The position numbers and the translations under genes are program-made. This document shows positions 18,593 through 27,084 of a DNA stretch of 64,000 nucleotides, piece after piece. The first letter of the stretch is position 1, and each line of letters begins with the position of its first letter. The DNA comes from Planctomycetota bacterium (GTDB lineage Bacteria; Planctomycetota; GCA-002687715; CAIWVZ01), in contig JBGANV010000001.1 of the NCBI GenBank assembly GCA_044222185.1, positions 864,001-928,000 of the forward strand, in the 5' to 3' direction. The notes under the pieces were generated by a model. That model was not told where the DNA came from. It did no database searches and saw nothing but the letters and a program-made list of their open reading frames with translations.

Positions 18593-19789
18593 ATGAAGAT
18601 CCCGGCAATCGCCGTTGCGTCATTCCTCGCCCTTTCGGCAGCGCTCGCCTCAGCGCAGCAGATCGTGCTTCTCACCGAAGCAGCAACCCTCGTGACGATC
18701 GACGGCTCCGTGCCCGGCGCCGCGCTTTCGAGCGTTCCCATCACCGGCCTCCATGCCGGTGAATTCGTCCACGGAGTCGATTTCCGACCCGCAACCGGGC
18801 AGCTGTATGCCCTGGGAAGCCAGGGATACCTGTACACGGTGAACACGATCGATGGCGTCGCCACGCAGGTTGGCGGCATGCTGACCACCACCCTTTCCGG
18901 AACGAGTTTCGGCTTCGACTTCAATCCGACCGTCGACCGCATCCGGGTCGTGAGCAACACCGGCCAGAACCTTCGCCTCAATCCGGTGACGGGCGCCGTC
19001 GCCGCCATCGATCTGTCGCTCGCCTTCGCGGCGACGGACGTGAATGCAGGACAGACGCCGCAAGTGAGCGGCTCGGCCTACACGAACAACGTCGCGGGTG
19101 CGACGACCACCACGCTCTACGACATCGATGGCGGCCTCGACGTGCTCGTCACGCAGGTGCCGCCGAACAATGGCGTCCTGAACACGGTCGGGCCGTTGGG
19201 AATCGACGTCGGAAGCGTGAACGGCTTCGACATCTCGGGTGCGACGGGAATCGCTTATGCGGCGCTCACCTCTCCGGGGGCCCAGGTGAACTCTTCCAAC
19301 CTCTTCACGATCAACCTCGCCACCGGAGCGGCGACGTTCGTCTCGAACCTCGGTGCCGTGGGGCAGGTGCGCGGCCTTTCGGTCATGCCGCTTCCGGGCG
19401 TCGCGCGGTTCGGCGCGGCCACGCTGGGGTGCAACGGTCGCGTCGCCCTGGGTGTCAACTCGAAGGCGTCCATCGGCAACCTGGGCTTTGCGCTGCTCGC
19501 GGGCAATGCGGCACCGAACGCCGCCGGCCTCGTCGTCCTCTCGGATGCTGCGCTGAACCCGCCCGTGTCGAGTGGCGGTGTTTTGTTGCTCGTGGACATG
19601 GCGTCGGCTGCTGCGGTGACCTTGCCGGTGACGGCTGACGTTTTCGGACGGGCTGGTCTGGCGCTCGCCATTCCGACCGACCCCAGCCTGGTGGGACTCA
19701 CGCGCTTCCTCCAGGTCGGGTTCGTCGATCTGTGCGGTCCGTCCGGCGTTGCGACGTCGAACGGCATCTCCATCACGATCCAGCCCTGA
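18593..19789 (+). CDS. Secreted DUF4394-domain protein with C-terminal beta-sandwich tag
   Basis: Signal peptide MKIPAIAVASFLALSAALASA|Q; GVDFRPATGQLYALG, FGFDFNPTVDRIRVVS, AYTNN, TTLYDID, GFDI; GGAG RBS. Confidence 0.88.
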   Translation: MKIPAIAVASFLALSAALASAQQIVLLTEAATLVTIDGSVPGAALSSVPITGLHAGEFVHGVDFRPATGQLYALGSQGYLYTVNTIDGVATQVGGMLTTTLSGTSFGFDFNPTVDRIRVVSNTGQNLRLNPVTGAVAAIDLSLAFAATDVNAGQTPQVSGSAYTNNVAGATTTTLYDIDGGLDVLVTQVPPNNGVLNTVGPLGIDVGSVNGFDISGATGIAYAALTSPGAQVNSSNLFTINLATGAATFVSNLGAVGQVRGLSVMPLPGVARFGAATLGCNGRVALGVNSKASIGNLGFALLAGNAAPNAAGLVVLSDAALNPPVSSGGVLLLVDMASAAAVTLPVTADVFGRAGLALAIPTDPSLVGLTRFLQVGFVDLCGPSGVATSNGISITIQP

Positions 19790-19825
19790 CCTCACGGGGG
19801 CGGGATGAACGGCTTCCCGTGACCC

Positions 19826-19861
19826 ATGCCGGGCCTGTGAGATGGCCCGGCATCTTCTTTT
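19826..19861 (+). terminator. Rho-independent terminator
   Basis: Perfect 10-bp stem ATGCCGGGCC/GGCCCGGCAT, 8-nt loop, then CTTCTTTT. Confidence 0.75.
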
Positions 19862-19956
19862 CCCGACGAGACTTCCGGCGTGACGTCGATGACGACGATC
19901 GCCGTGGCGGCTTCGCAGCAAGGATCCCGAAACGGGGATCACTTCCACCTGTCCTC

Positions 19957-20001
19957 CTGGTCGATATACTGGCCATCCAACCAGCATGGTCGGATGACCA
20001 G
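19957..20001 (+). promoter_or_regulatory. Tandem SOS-box-like operators overlapping a TATACT -10 element
   Basis: CTGG-CCATCCAA-CCAG (19969-19984), ATGG-TCGGATGA-CCAG (19986-20001), weaker CTGG-N8-CTGG (19957-19972); TATACT at 19965-19970. Confidence 0.7.
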
Positions 20002-20026
20002 ACTGGGCTGGAGACGCGGAGGCCGC

Positions 20027-20731
20027 ATGCGCGAGATCACGAAGAGCCAGGCTCGGGTGTTGCGATTCATCCGGGAGTTCTGCGAAGAGCGGGGATTTCC
20101 GCCCACGCACAAGGAGATCGCCGAGGGGTTGGGCTTCAGCTCGCCCAATGCGGCGGGCGAACATCTGCGCCTTCTGGTGAAGAAGGGCGTGGTGGCCGTG
20201 GAGCCTGGAGTCTCGCGCGGCTTGCGGATCGTGGAGGACGCCGAGACCCCCTCGCCCAGGGCCAGGCACGCGCTGGCGAAGGGGCCTGCACAGACGCGGG
20301 GGAGAGTGAGTGGTCTCGAGCTGCCGCTCATCGGCCACGTGGCTGCCGGTCAACCGATCCTGGCGGAAGCCAACGTGGAGCGGACGGTGACCGTCGATTC
20401 CGAGCTGTTTCGTTCTCGCGCCGACTATCTCCTGCGTGTCCGGGGAGATTCCATGATCGAGGCTGGGATCCTGCCGGGTGATCTGGTGGCCGTCAGCCGG
20501 GCTTCGCGCGTGCGCGATGGGCAGGTTGCCGTCGTGCGGCTCGACGACGAGGTCACCGTCAAGCGCTGGCACACGAAAGGCCGGGGGGACGGGCTGCGCG
20601 TGGTGCTCGAGCCGGCCAACGCGGCGCTGAAGCCCATGGTCTTCGATCCACGTCGAGTGCATGTGGCGGTGGAAGGCCTGGTCGTGGGGTTGGTGCGCTC
20701 GACCCTTTCGATTCGGGGGCACGTCTCATGA
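20027..20731 (+). CDS. lexA: LexA repressor
   Basis: GFPPTHKEIA, SPNAAGEHL, VAAG cleavage site, GDSM (Ser), VTVKR (Lys); GGAGG RBS. Confidence 0.96.
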   Translation: MREITKSQARVLRFIREFCEERGFPPTHKEIAEGLGFSSPNAAGEHLRLLVKKGVVAVEPGVSRGLRIVEDAETPSPRARHALAKGPAQTRGRVSGLELPLIGHVAAGQPILAEANVERTVTVDSELFRSRADYLLRVRGDSMIEAGILPGDLVAVSRASRVRDGQVAVVRLDDEVTVKRWHTKGRGDGLRVVLEPANAALKPMVFDPRRVHVAVEGLVVGLVRSTLSIRGHVS

Positions 20732-21636
20732 CCGCCGCTCGCAAGCAGGTCGACCTGGACGAGATCCACCGGCTGCGCTCGGCCATCGCCGCATGCGAGC
20801 GGGGCGAGCGAGTGCCCACGCTTTCGGTCATGCCTCGGACGGAATCCCTGCCGGGAAATGTGCCGGAGGGTGCGCTCCTCAGTCGCGATGGGGCCACGCT
20901 CTCGCCGTCGTCCGCACGATCGGAGGCCTTGGGGGCGAGCGTGCCCGCGGAGGTCTCGTCGCGGCTTTCCCAGAGCATTCGTCTGGCGACGGGCTTCCAG
21001 GCCCTCGACGACGCGCTTGGTGGAGGTCTCCACCACGGAGCCTTGAACGAAGTGTTCGTGGCGTCCGCGGGGAGCGGGGCCTTGGAGACGTTGCTGCCGG
21101 CGGTGGCGCGGGCGGGCGCGGGCAAGCGACTTTTGGCCTGGATCCATCCCACTTGCACGCCTTATCCGCCGGCGCTGGTGCAATGCGGATTCGCTCTCGA
21201 GCGGTGGCTCGTGGTCCGACCCGCGAGCGAGGACGACCATCAATGGGCCATCGATCAGTCGCTGCGTTCGGGAGCGTGCGATGCCGTCGTCGCCTACCTG
21301 GGCGATCTGCCGGATCGACTGCTGCGGCGACTTCAGCTCGCGGCGCAGGAAGGACGCACGCTCGGACTCTTCTTCCGACCTGCGGCCACCATGACCCGGC
21401 CATCACCGGCTGCCGTGCGCCTCTTCGCCGAACCGGTTCCCTCGCGCGACACGCGCATGCGTCGCGTGCGTTTCGACGTGTTGCGATGCCGCGGCACGCC
21501 CCACACCCCGTCCGTTTTTCTGGAGTGGTCCCGTGACCCGCTGGATGAGCCTCCAACTTCCTTTCCTGCCGATCGAACGACTGACGCTCGCGATGCCGGG
21601 GCTGGATCGGGCCCCCTTCGCGCTTCTATCGCGTGA
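20728..21636 (+). CDS. imuA: ImuA, RecA-like translesion-synthesis accessory protein
   Basis: TGFQALDDALGGGL, PYPPAL, WAIDQSLRSGAC, RRLQLAAQEG, PSPAAVRL. Confidence 0.9.
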   Translation: MTAARKQVDLDEIHRLRSAIAACERGERVPTLSVMPRTESLPGNVPEGALLSRDGATLSPSSARSEALGASVPAEVSSRLSQSIRLATGFQALDDALGGGLHHGALNEVFVASAGSGALETLLPAVARAGAGKRLLAWIHPTCTPYPPALVQCGFALERWLVVRPASEDDHQWAIDQSLRSGACDAVVAYLGDLPDRLLRRLQLAAQEGRTLGLFFRPAATMTRPSPAAVRLFAEPVPSRDTRMRRVRFDVLRCRGTPHTPSVFLEWSRDPLDEPPTSFPADRTTDARDAGAGSGPLRASIA

Positions 21637-23038
21637 AGGCGAGCGCGACGTCGTCGTCGCCAGCTCGGCGGCGGCCAGAAAGTGTGGCGTGAAGCCGGGC
21701 TTGCCGGCCGCCGCAGCACGGGCACTCTGCGCAGGGCTGGAAATCCGGCGTCACGAGCCGGACGAAGATCGCCGTCTGCTCGAGCGCCTGGCCGTCATCG
21801 CCCAGCAGTTCACGCCGGACGTGTGCCTGGACGGAGCCAGCGGACTTTTTCTCGAAGTGGGGCGGACGGCGCGGCGCTTCGGTGGCGAGGGCTCTCTGGC
21901 GGAGCGGGTGCGGGCGCTTTGCACGGGGCTCGGGCATCACCCGCGTCTCGGGATTGCGTCCACGTCACGGGCTGCGCGAGCCCTGGCGCGCGCGGGCGGT
22001 GCGGCCATCGCCATCGCGCCCGGTGACGATCCCAGGCCGGCGCTGGTGGGACTTCCCTGGCGAGTGCTTTCCCCGCCGGACACGGTGGCCGATGCGTTCA
22101 TCGCCTTGGGGTTGGAGACCGTCGGGGACGTCCTGCGGCTGCCGTGGTCCGGGATCGCCGCACGTTGCGGGGACGATTTCCTCCGCGAGCTCCAATGCCT
22201 CGTGGGAGAGCGGGACGAGCCGCTCGTGCGCGTTCGACCCGTGGATCTCTTTGCCGAGCGGTTCGAGTTCTGGCAGCCGACGGATGACTCCAGTCGCATC
22301 ATCTTCGTCGCCAAGCGCCTGTTCGACCTGGCGGAGGCCCATCTGGCCGTTCGCAATCAGGGCCTTGCCACCATCGAGCTGGATCTCATCCAGTCGGATG
22401 ACGGATCCGTGCTGCATCTCGCGCTGCGTCCGGGTGTGCCCACGCGGGATGCGCGCGTGCTCGTGCGGTTGCTCGGGCATCGCCTCGAACGCGAAGCGTT
22501 GCGCTCACCGGTGGAGGAGATCCGTCTTTGGTTCGACGAGACCGTGCCGCTGCCCGAGCGGCAGGGACTCTTGTTCGACGAGGCTCCGGCGTTTCGCGAA
22601 GACGACGAAGCGCTGGCGTTGAAAGATCGCCTGGCGGTGCGGCTGGGTGAGGATCGGGTGAATGCTCCGCTCCTCCTGGACGATCATCGTCCCGAGCGGG
22701 CGTTTCGCTGGCGCAAGCACGGAGAGGCCGTGGATCTCCGTTCACCGGCAGCCGTCGCGTGCGCGCCGCCAGGACGACGACCGCTGGAGCTTCACGCCTC
22801 GCCGCAACGGGTGATGGTGGGTTCGGACGCATCCGGTCGACCCCTGGCGATCCTGGAAGGGTCGCAGCGAGGCCCGTTGCGCGTCGTGCGCGGCCCCGAG
22901 CGCATCGAGAGTGGTTGGTGGGACGGGCAGGACGTGCGTCGGCTCTACTTCGAAGTGGAGACACCCCTGGGTATTCGCCTGTGGGTGTTTCGCGATCAAC
23001 ACACGGGCACGTGGCATCAGCATGGAACCTTCCAGTAG
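21533..23038 (+). CDS. imuB: ImuB, inactive Y-family DNA polymerase
   Basis: GVKPGLP..AARA, FTPDV, FGGE.SL, DDHRPERA, RPL.L, GPERIESGWW, RLYF...LWVFR. Confidence 0.92.
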   Translation: MTRWMSLQLPFLPIERLTLAMPGLDRAPFALLSREGERDVVVASSAAARKCGVKPGLPAAAARALCAGLEIRRHEPDEDRRLLERLAVIAQQFTPDVCLDGASGLFLEVGRTARRFGGEGSLAERVRALCTGLGHHPRLGIASTSRAARALARAGGAAIAIAPGDDPRPALVGLPWRVLSPPDTVADAFIALGLETVGDVLRLPWSGIAARCGDDFLRELQCLVGERDEPLVRVRPVDLFAERFEFWQPTDDSSRIIFVAKRLFDLAEAHLAVRNQGLATIELDLIQSDDGSVLHLALRPGVPTRDARVLVRLLGHRLEREALRSPVEEIRLWFDETVPLPERQGLLFDEAPAFREDDEALALKDRLAVRLGEDRVNAPLLLDDHRPERAFRWRKHGEAVDLRSPAAVACAPPGRRPLELHASPQRVMVGSDASGRPLAILEGSQRGPLRVVRGPERIESGWWDGQDVRRLYFEVETPLGIRLWVFRDQHTGTWHQHGTFQ

Positions 23039-23145
23039 CGAAGCGCGATCCTTCCACGCCGCGGGATGGCGGGTGAACGACGCCACGGCGAGAGCCCTGC
23101 GAGCCGGTCCGGTGGACGCCTGGCGTTTCGGTGGCGGGTCTCGTC

Positions 23146-26100
23146 ATGCCTGACATCCCGCTGTCGAAAGTCCACCCTCATCCGGCCAAGGCGGGGAAAC
23201 GGCCCGACGCCCACGGCAGTACGGCGGAGGTCGAATCCACCCCGCGCTGCGAGTACGCCGAGCTCCACTGCGTCACGAACTTCAGCTTCCTGCGGGGCGC
23301 CTCTCACCCCGACGAACTCGTGGCCAAGTCCGTCGAACTGGGCTATGCGGCGGTGGCCATCACCGACGAGCATTCGCTGGCCGGTGTGGTTCGGGCGCAC
23401 GTGGCCGCGAAGGAGCGCAAGTTTCCGCTGATCGTCGGAGCCGAGATCACGCCGGACGACGCGGCGGCCGTCGTTCTGCTCGCCACCGACCGAGCCGCCT
23501 ACGGACGTCTCTCGCGACTCCTCACGATCGGGAGACGGCGAGCCGCGAAGGGCACGTGTCTTCTGCATCGGAACGACATCGCCGCGCATGCCGAAGGGCT
23601 CCTCGCCATCGGCATCGCCGACGAGTCGGCCTTGCGTCCCGACGCGGATGAATCGGCCATGAACCGGACGCACGGACGGTTGGCGTGGTTGCGCGACGTC
23701 TTTGGGGATCGCGCCGCGCTGGAAGTGGCTCTGCACGATGGTCCCGACGATCGGGCGCGTCTGCGGCGGCTGGATGAGCTTGCCCGACGCACGGGCCTGC
23801 CGCTGGTCGCCGCCGGCAACGTGGACGCCCACGTCAGCGAGCGTCGCGCCGTGCGCGATACGCTGATCGCCATCCGACATGGTTGCGCCGTGTCCGAACT
23901 GGGATCGCGGCTGCCCGCGTGCGGCGTCAAACCCCTGCGCGATGCGGCGACGCTGCAGCGCCTGCACGCAGGACGTCCCGAGCTCTTGCGACGCTCGGTG
24001 GAGCTGGCCGCCCGCTGTCACTTCTCGCTCGACGAGCTCCGCTACGAGTACCCGGCCGAAGGAGACGCGGACACGCTCCGCCGCCTCGTCGAACATCACG
24101 CCCGCGAGCGATGGCCAGAAGGCATGCCCGCCAAGGTACGCGGACTCATCGAGCACGAGATGGCCCTCGTCGCCGAGCTCCAGTACGAGCGGTACTTCCT
24201 CACGGTCCACGAACTCGTGCATTTCGCCCGCGGCCGCGGCATCCTCTGCCAGGGGCGGGGAAGCGCGGCCAATTCCGCCATCTGCTACGTGCTCGGGATC
24301 ACGTCCGTCGACCCCGATCGCTTCGACGTCCTCTTCGAGCGATTCGTTTCCCGCGACCGGCACGAACCTCCGGACATCGACGTGGACTTCGAGCACGAGC
24401 GGCGGGAGGAAGTCCTCCAACACATCTACGAGAAGTACGGTCGCGAGCGCGCGGCCATCGCTGCCACCGTCATCACGTATCGCGGACGCAGCGCCATGCG
24501 CGACGTGGGGAAGGCTCTGGGCCTCACCCTCGATCAGGTGGATCGTCTCGCGACCGGCCTCGAATGGTGGGATGCGGTCGACTGGCCGGAAAAGCGCCTG
24601 AAGGAATCCGGGTTCGATCCGCAGGATCCGCTCTTGCGACGGGTGATCGGACTCACGCAGGAGATCCAGGGGTTCCCGCGGCACCTCTCCCAGCACGTGG
24701 GCGGCATGGTGATCACGGCGGGACGTCTGGACGAGATGGTGCCCATCGAGAACGCCGCCATGGATGACCGCACGGTGATCCAGTGGGACAAGGACGACCT
24801 GGACGCCCTCGGCATCTTGAAGGTGGATTGCCTCTCGCTCGGCATGCTCACGGCGATCCGCCGAGCCTTCGAATTCATCGAGCAGGTGCGCGGACGCAGA
24901 CTCGGCCTCGCGGACGTGCCTGCGGAGGATCCGGAGGTCTACCGCATGCTCCAGCGGGCGGACACCATCGGCGTCTTCCAGATCGAGAGCCGTGCGCAGA
25001 TGGCCATGCTTCCGCGGCTCAAGCCGCGCGAGTTCTACGACCTCGTGATCGAAGTGGCGATCGTCCGCCCCGGCCCCATCCAAGGCGGCATGGTGCATCC
25101 GTACCTGCGTCGACGCGAAGGGTCGGAGCAGGTCTCGTTCCCATCCGAGGCCGTGCGGTCCGTGCTGCAGAAGACGCTCGGCGTTCCCATCTTCCAGGAG
25201 CAGGCCATGCGGCTTGCGGTCGTCGCCGCCGGATTCACGCCCGGTGAGGCGGACCAGCTGCGTCGTGCCATGGGCGCCTGGCGCCGCGCGGGGCTGATCC
25301 AGTCCTTCGAGAAGAAGCTCGTCGACGGCATGCTCGAGCGGGGCTACGCGGAAGAGTTCGCGCGGGGACTCTTCAAACAGCTGCTCGGCTTTGGCGAGTA
25401 CGGCTTCCCCGAGAGTCACGCCGCGAGCTTCGCGCTCCTGACCTACGTGTCGAGCTGGCTCAAGCGATACGAGCCTGCCTGCTTCGCCGCGGCCCTGTTG
25501 AACAGCCAGCCCATGGGGTTCTACGCACCGGCGCAGCTCGTGCGCGACGCGCGGTCGCATGGAGTGGTCGTGCATCCCGTCGACGTGTCGAAGAGCTTCT
25601 TCGACTGCACGCTGGAGGCGCCCGTGCACGGCGAGCCGCGACTCTCCACGGCGTTCGTTCCGCCTCAGGCGTTCGGGCGGGGAGGGCCCTCGCTGCGCCT
25701 GGGTTTCCGCATGGTGAAGGGCCTGTCGCGCGCCGCGGCCGATCGCCTGGTGGCGGCTCGATCGGAGCGGGCCTTCGACTCGGTGGAGGACTGCAAGCAT
25801 CGAGGACGGCTCAATCGCCGGGAGGCAACCCTGCTCGCGGATGCGGGAGCCTTCGGCGAGTTGTCTCCCAATCGCCGAGCCGCCTGGTGGGATGCGGCCT
25901 TCGAACATCAGTCCACGCCCCTGCTGGATGCGACCGAGGCGGAAATCTTCGACGAGCTCAAACCCGATCTGGAACCTCCGTCGCTCGCCGAGGTCGTCGT
26001 GGCGGACTACAAGACGGTGGGCCTGTCATTGGAAGAACATCCCATGGCGCTCTTGCGGGATGCCGTCGCCAGGTACGGCGCCAAGCCCAATGCCGCGTTG

Positions 26101-26400
26101 AGTGGGTTGCCGCATGGACGATTCGTCACGGTGGCGGGGCTCGTGATCAACCGACAGCGCCCTGCCACGGCCTCGGGAGTGCTCTTCATGACCCTGGAGG
26201 ACGAGACGGCGTTCGCCAATCTCATCGTGCGCGTGAGGGAGCAGGAACGCTTCCGCACCGCAGTGATCAACGGTCGCATGCTTCTCGTTCGTGGCGTCGT
26301 GGAGCGAGCCGGGGAGGTCATTCATCTGATGGTTCATCACGTGACGGATCTCACGGAGCTGATCGCACGCGTTCCGACGGCATCCCGGGATTTCCACTGA
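23146..26400 (+). CDS. dnaE2: Error-prone DNA polymerase III alpha (DnaE2/ImuC)
   Basis: YAELHCVTNFSFLRGASHP, GRGSAANS, PPDIDVDFE, YGFPESH, FMTLEDET, C-terminal SRDFH signature. Confidence 0.96.
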   Translation: MPDIPLSKVHPHPAKAGKRPDAHGSTAEVESTPRCEYAELHCVTNFSFLRGASHPDELVAKSVELGYAAVAITDEHSLAGVVRAHVAAKERKFPLIVGAEITPDDAAAVVLLATDRAAYGRLSRLLTIGRRRAAKGTCLLHRNDIAAHAEGLLAIGIADESALRPDADESAMNRTHGRLAWLRDVFGDRAALEVALHDGPDDRARLRRLDELARRTGLPLVAAGNVDAHVSERRAVRDTLIAIRHGCAVSELGSRLPACGVKPLRDAATLQRLHAGRPELLRRSVELAARCHFSLDELRYEYPAEGDADTLRRLVEHHARERWPEGMPAKVRGLIEHEMALVAELQYERYFLTVHELVHFARGRGILCQGRGSAANSAICYVLGITSVDPDRFDVLFERFVSRDRHEPPDIDVDFEHERREEVLQHIYEKYGRERAAIAATVITYRGRSAMRDVGKALGLTLDQVDRLATGLEWWDAVDWPEKRLKESGFDPQDPLLRRVIGLTQEIQGFPRHLSQHVGGMVITAGRLDEMVPIENAAMDDRTVIQWDKDDLDALGILKVDCLSLGMLTAIRRAFEFIEQVRGRRLGLADVPAEDPEVYRMLQRADTIGVFQIESRAQMAMLPRLKPREFYDLVIEVAIVRPGPIQGGMVHPYLRRREGSEQVSFPSEAVRSVLQKTLGVPIFQEQAMRLAVVAAGFTPGEADQLRRAMGAWRRAGLIQSFEKKLVDGMLERGYAEEFARGLFKQLLGFGEYGFPESHAASFALLTYVSSWLKRYEPACFAAALLNSQPMGFYAPAQLVRDARSHGVVVHPVDVSKSFFDCTLEAPVHGEPRLSTAFVPPQAFGRGGPSLRLGFRMVKGLSRAAADRLVAARSERAFDSVEDCKHRGRLNRREATLLADAGAFGELSPNRRAAWWDAAFEHQSTPLLDATEAEIFDELKPDLEPPSLAEVVVADYKTVGLSLEEHPMALLRDAVARYGAKPNAALSGLPHGRFVTVAGLVINRQRPATASGVLFMTLEDETAFANLIVRVREQERFRTAVINGRMLLVRGVVERAGEVIHLMVHHVTDLTELIARVPTASRDFH

Positions 26401-26458
26401 TGGTGTCGCGGAACGCAGGCCGCTGCGCCGGGGCATTCCGCGTCGTATCCTCTCGCCG

Positions 26459-27043
26459 ATGCAACCGCTGTGGTGCAAGGTGACTTTCGTGGCGGGACTC
26501 GTCGCGCTGACAGCGATCCGGGTTCCCCACGACCGGATCAGTCGGCAGACGCCCATCACCCAGAACCGGAAGGGACGCCTCGAATCCTTGCTCCTGGCGT
26601 TGATGGGGCTCGGTGGATTCGCGCTGCCGCTCACCTGGGTGTTCTCGACGTGGCTGCATGGGGCCGATCGGACGGCATCGCTTCCAACCTTTGCCGTGGG
26701 TGTGGCCGTCCTCCTGTTCGCCCTGTGGCTGTTCCACAGGTCGCACGTCGACCTCGGCCGGAACTGGTCCGTCACGCTCCAGGTGCGAGAAGGCCATCGG
26801 ATCGTCGATCGCGGGGTGTACCGCTCGATCCGCCACCCGATGTACTCCGCAATCTTCGCCTACGCGCTGGCCCAGGCCCTGATCGTTCCCAACTGGATCG
26901 CAGGGCCGTCCTGCTTCGTCGCCTTCGCGGTCATGTTCGCGTGTCGACTGGGGCCCGAGGAGCAGATGATGCTCGATACGTTCGGGTCCGAGTACGTGAC
27001 CTACCGCCAGCGGACGAAGCGCCTCATTCCGGGAATCTGGTGA
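26459..27043 (+). CDS. Isoprenylcysteine carboxyl methyltransferase (ICMT/Ste14) family membrane protein
   Basis: LGRNWS, HRIVDRGVYRSIRHPMY, EEQMM...FG.EY..YR.RT.RLIP. Confidence 0.85.
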   Translation: MQPLWCKVTFVAGLVALTAIRVPHDRISRQTPITQNRKGRLESLLLALMGLGGFALPLTWVFSTWLHGADRTASLPTFAVGVAVLLFALWLFHRSHVDLGRNWSVTLQVREGHRIVDRGVYRSIRHPMYSAIFAYALAQALIVPNWIAGPSCFVAFAVMFACRLGPEEQMMLDTFGSEYVTYRQRTKRLIPGIW

Positions 27044-27084
27044 CGACGAGATCGCTCGCCGAAGCCACGCCCGCCCGCCGCCGA

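Noticed and set aside
19880-26400. lexA-imuABC cassette as an active mobile element
   Set aside because: No integrase, transposase, flanking direct repeats or tRNA target seen. The cassette itself is well known; only its LexA type and operator are notable.
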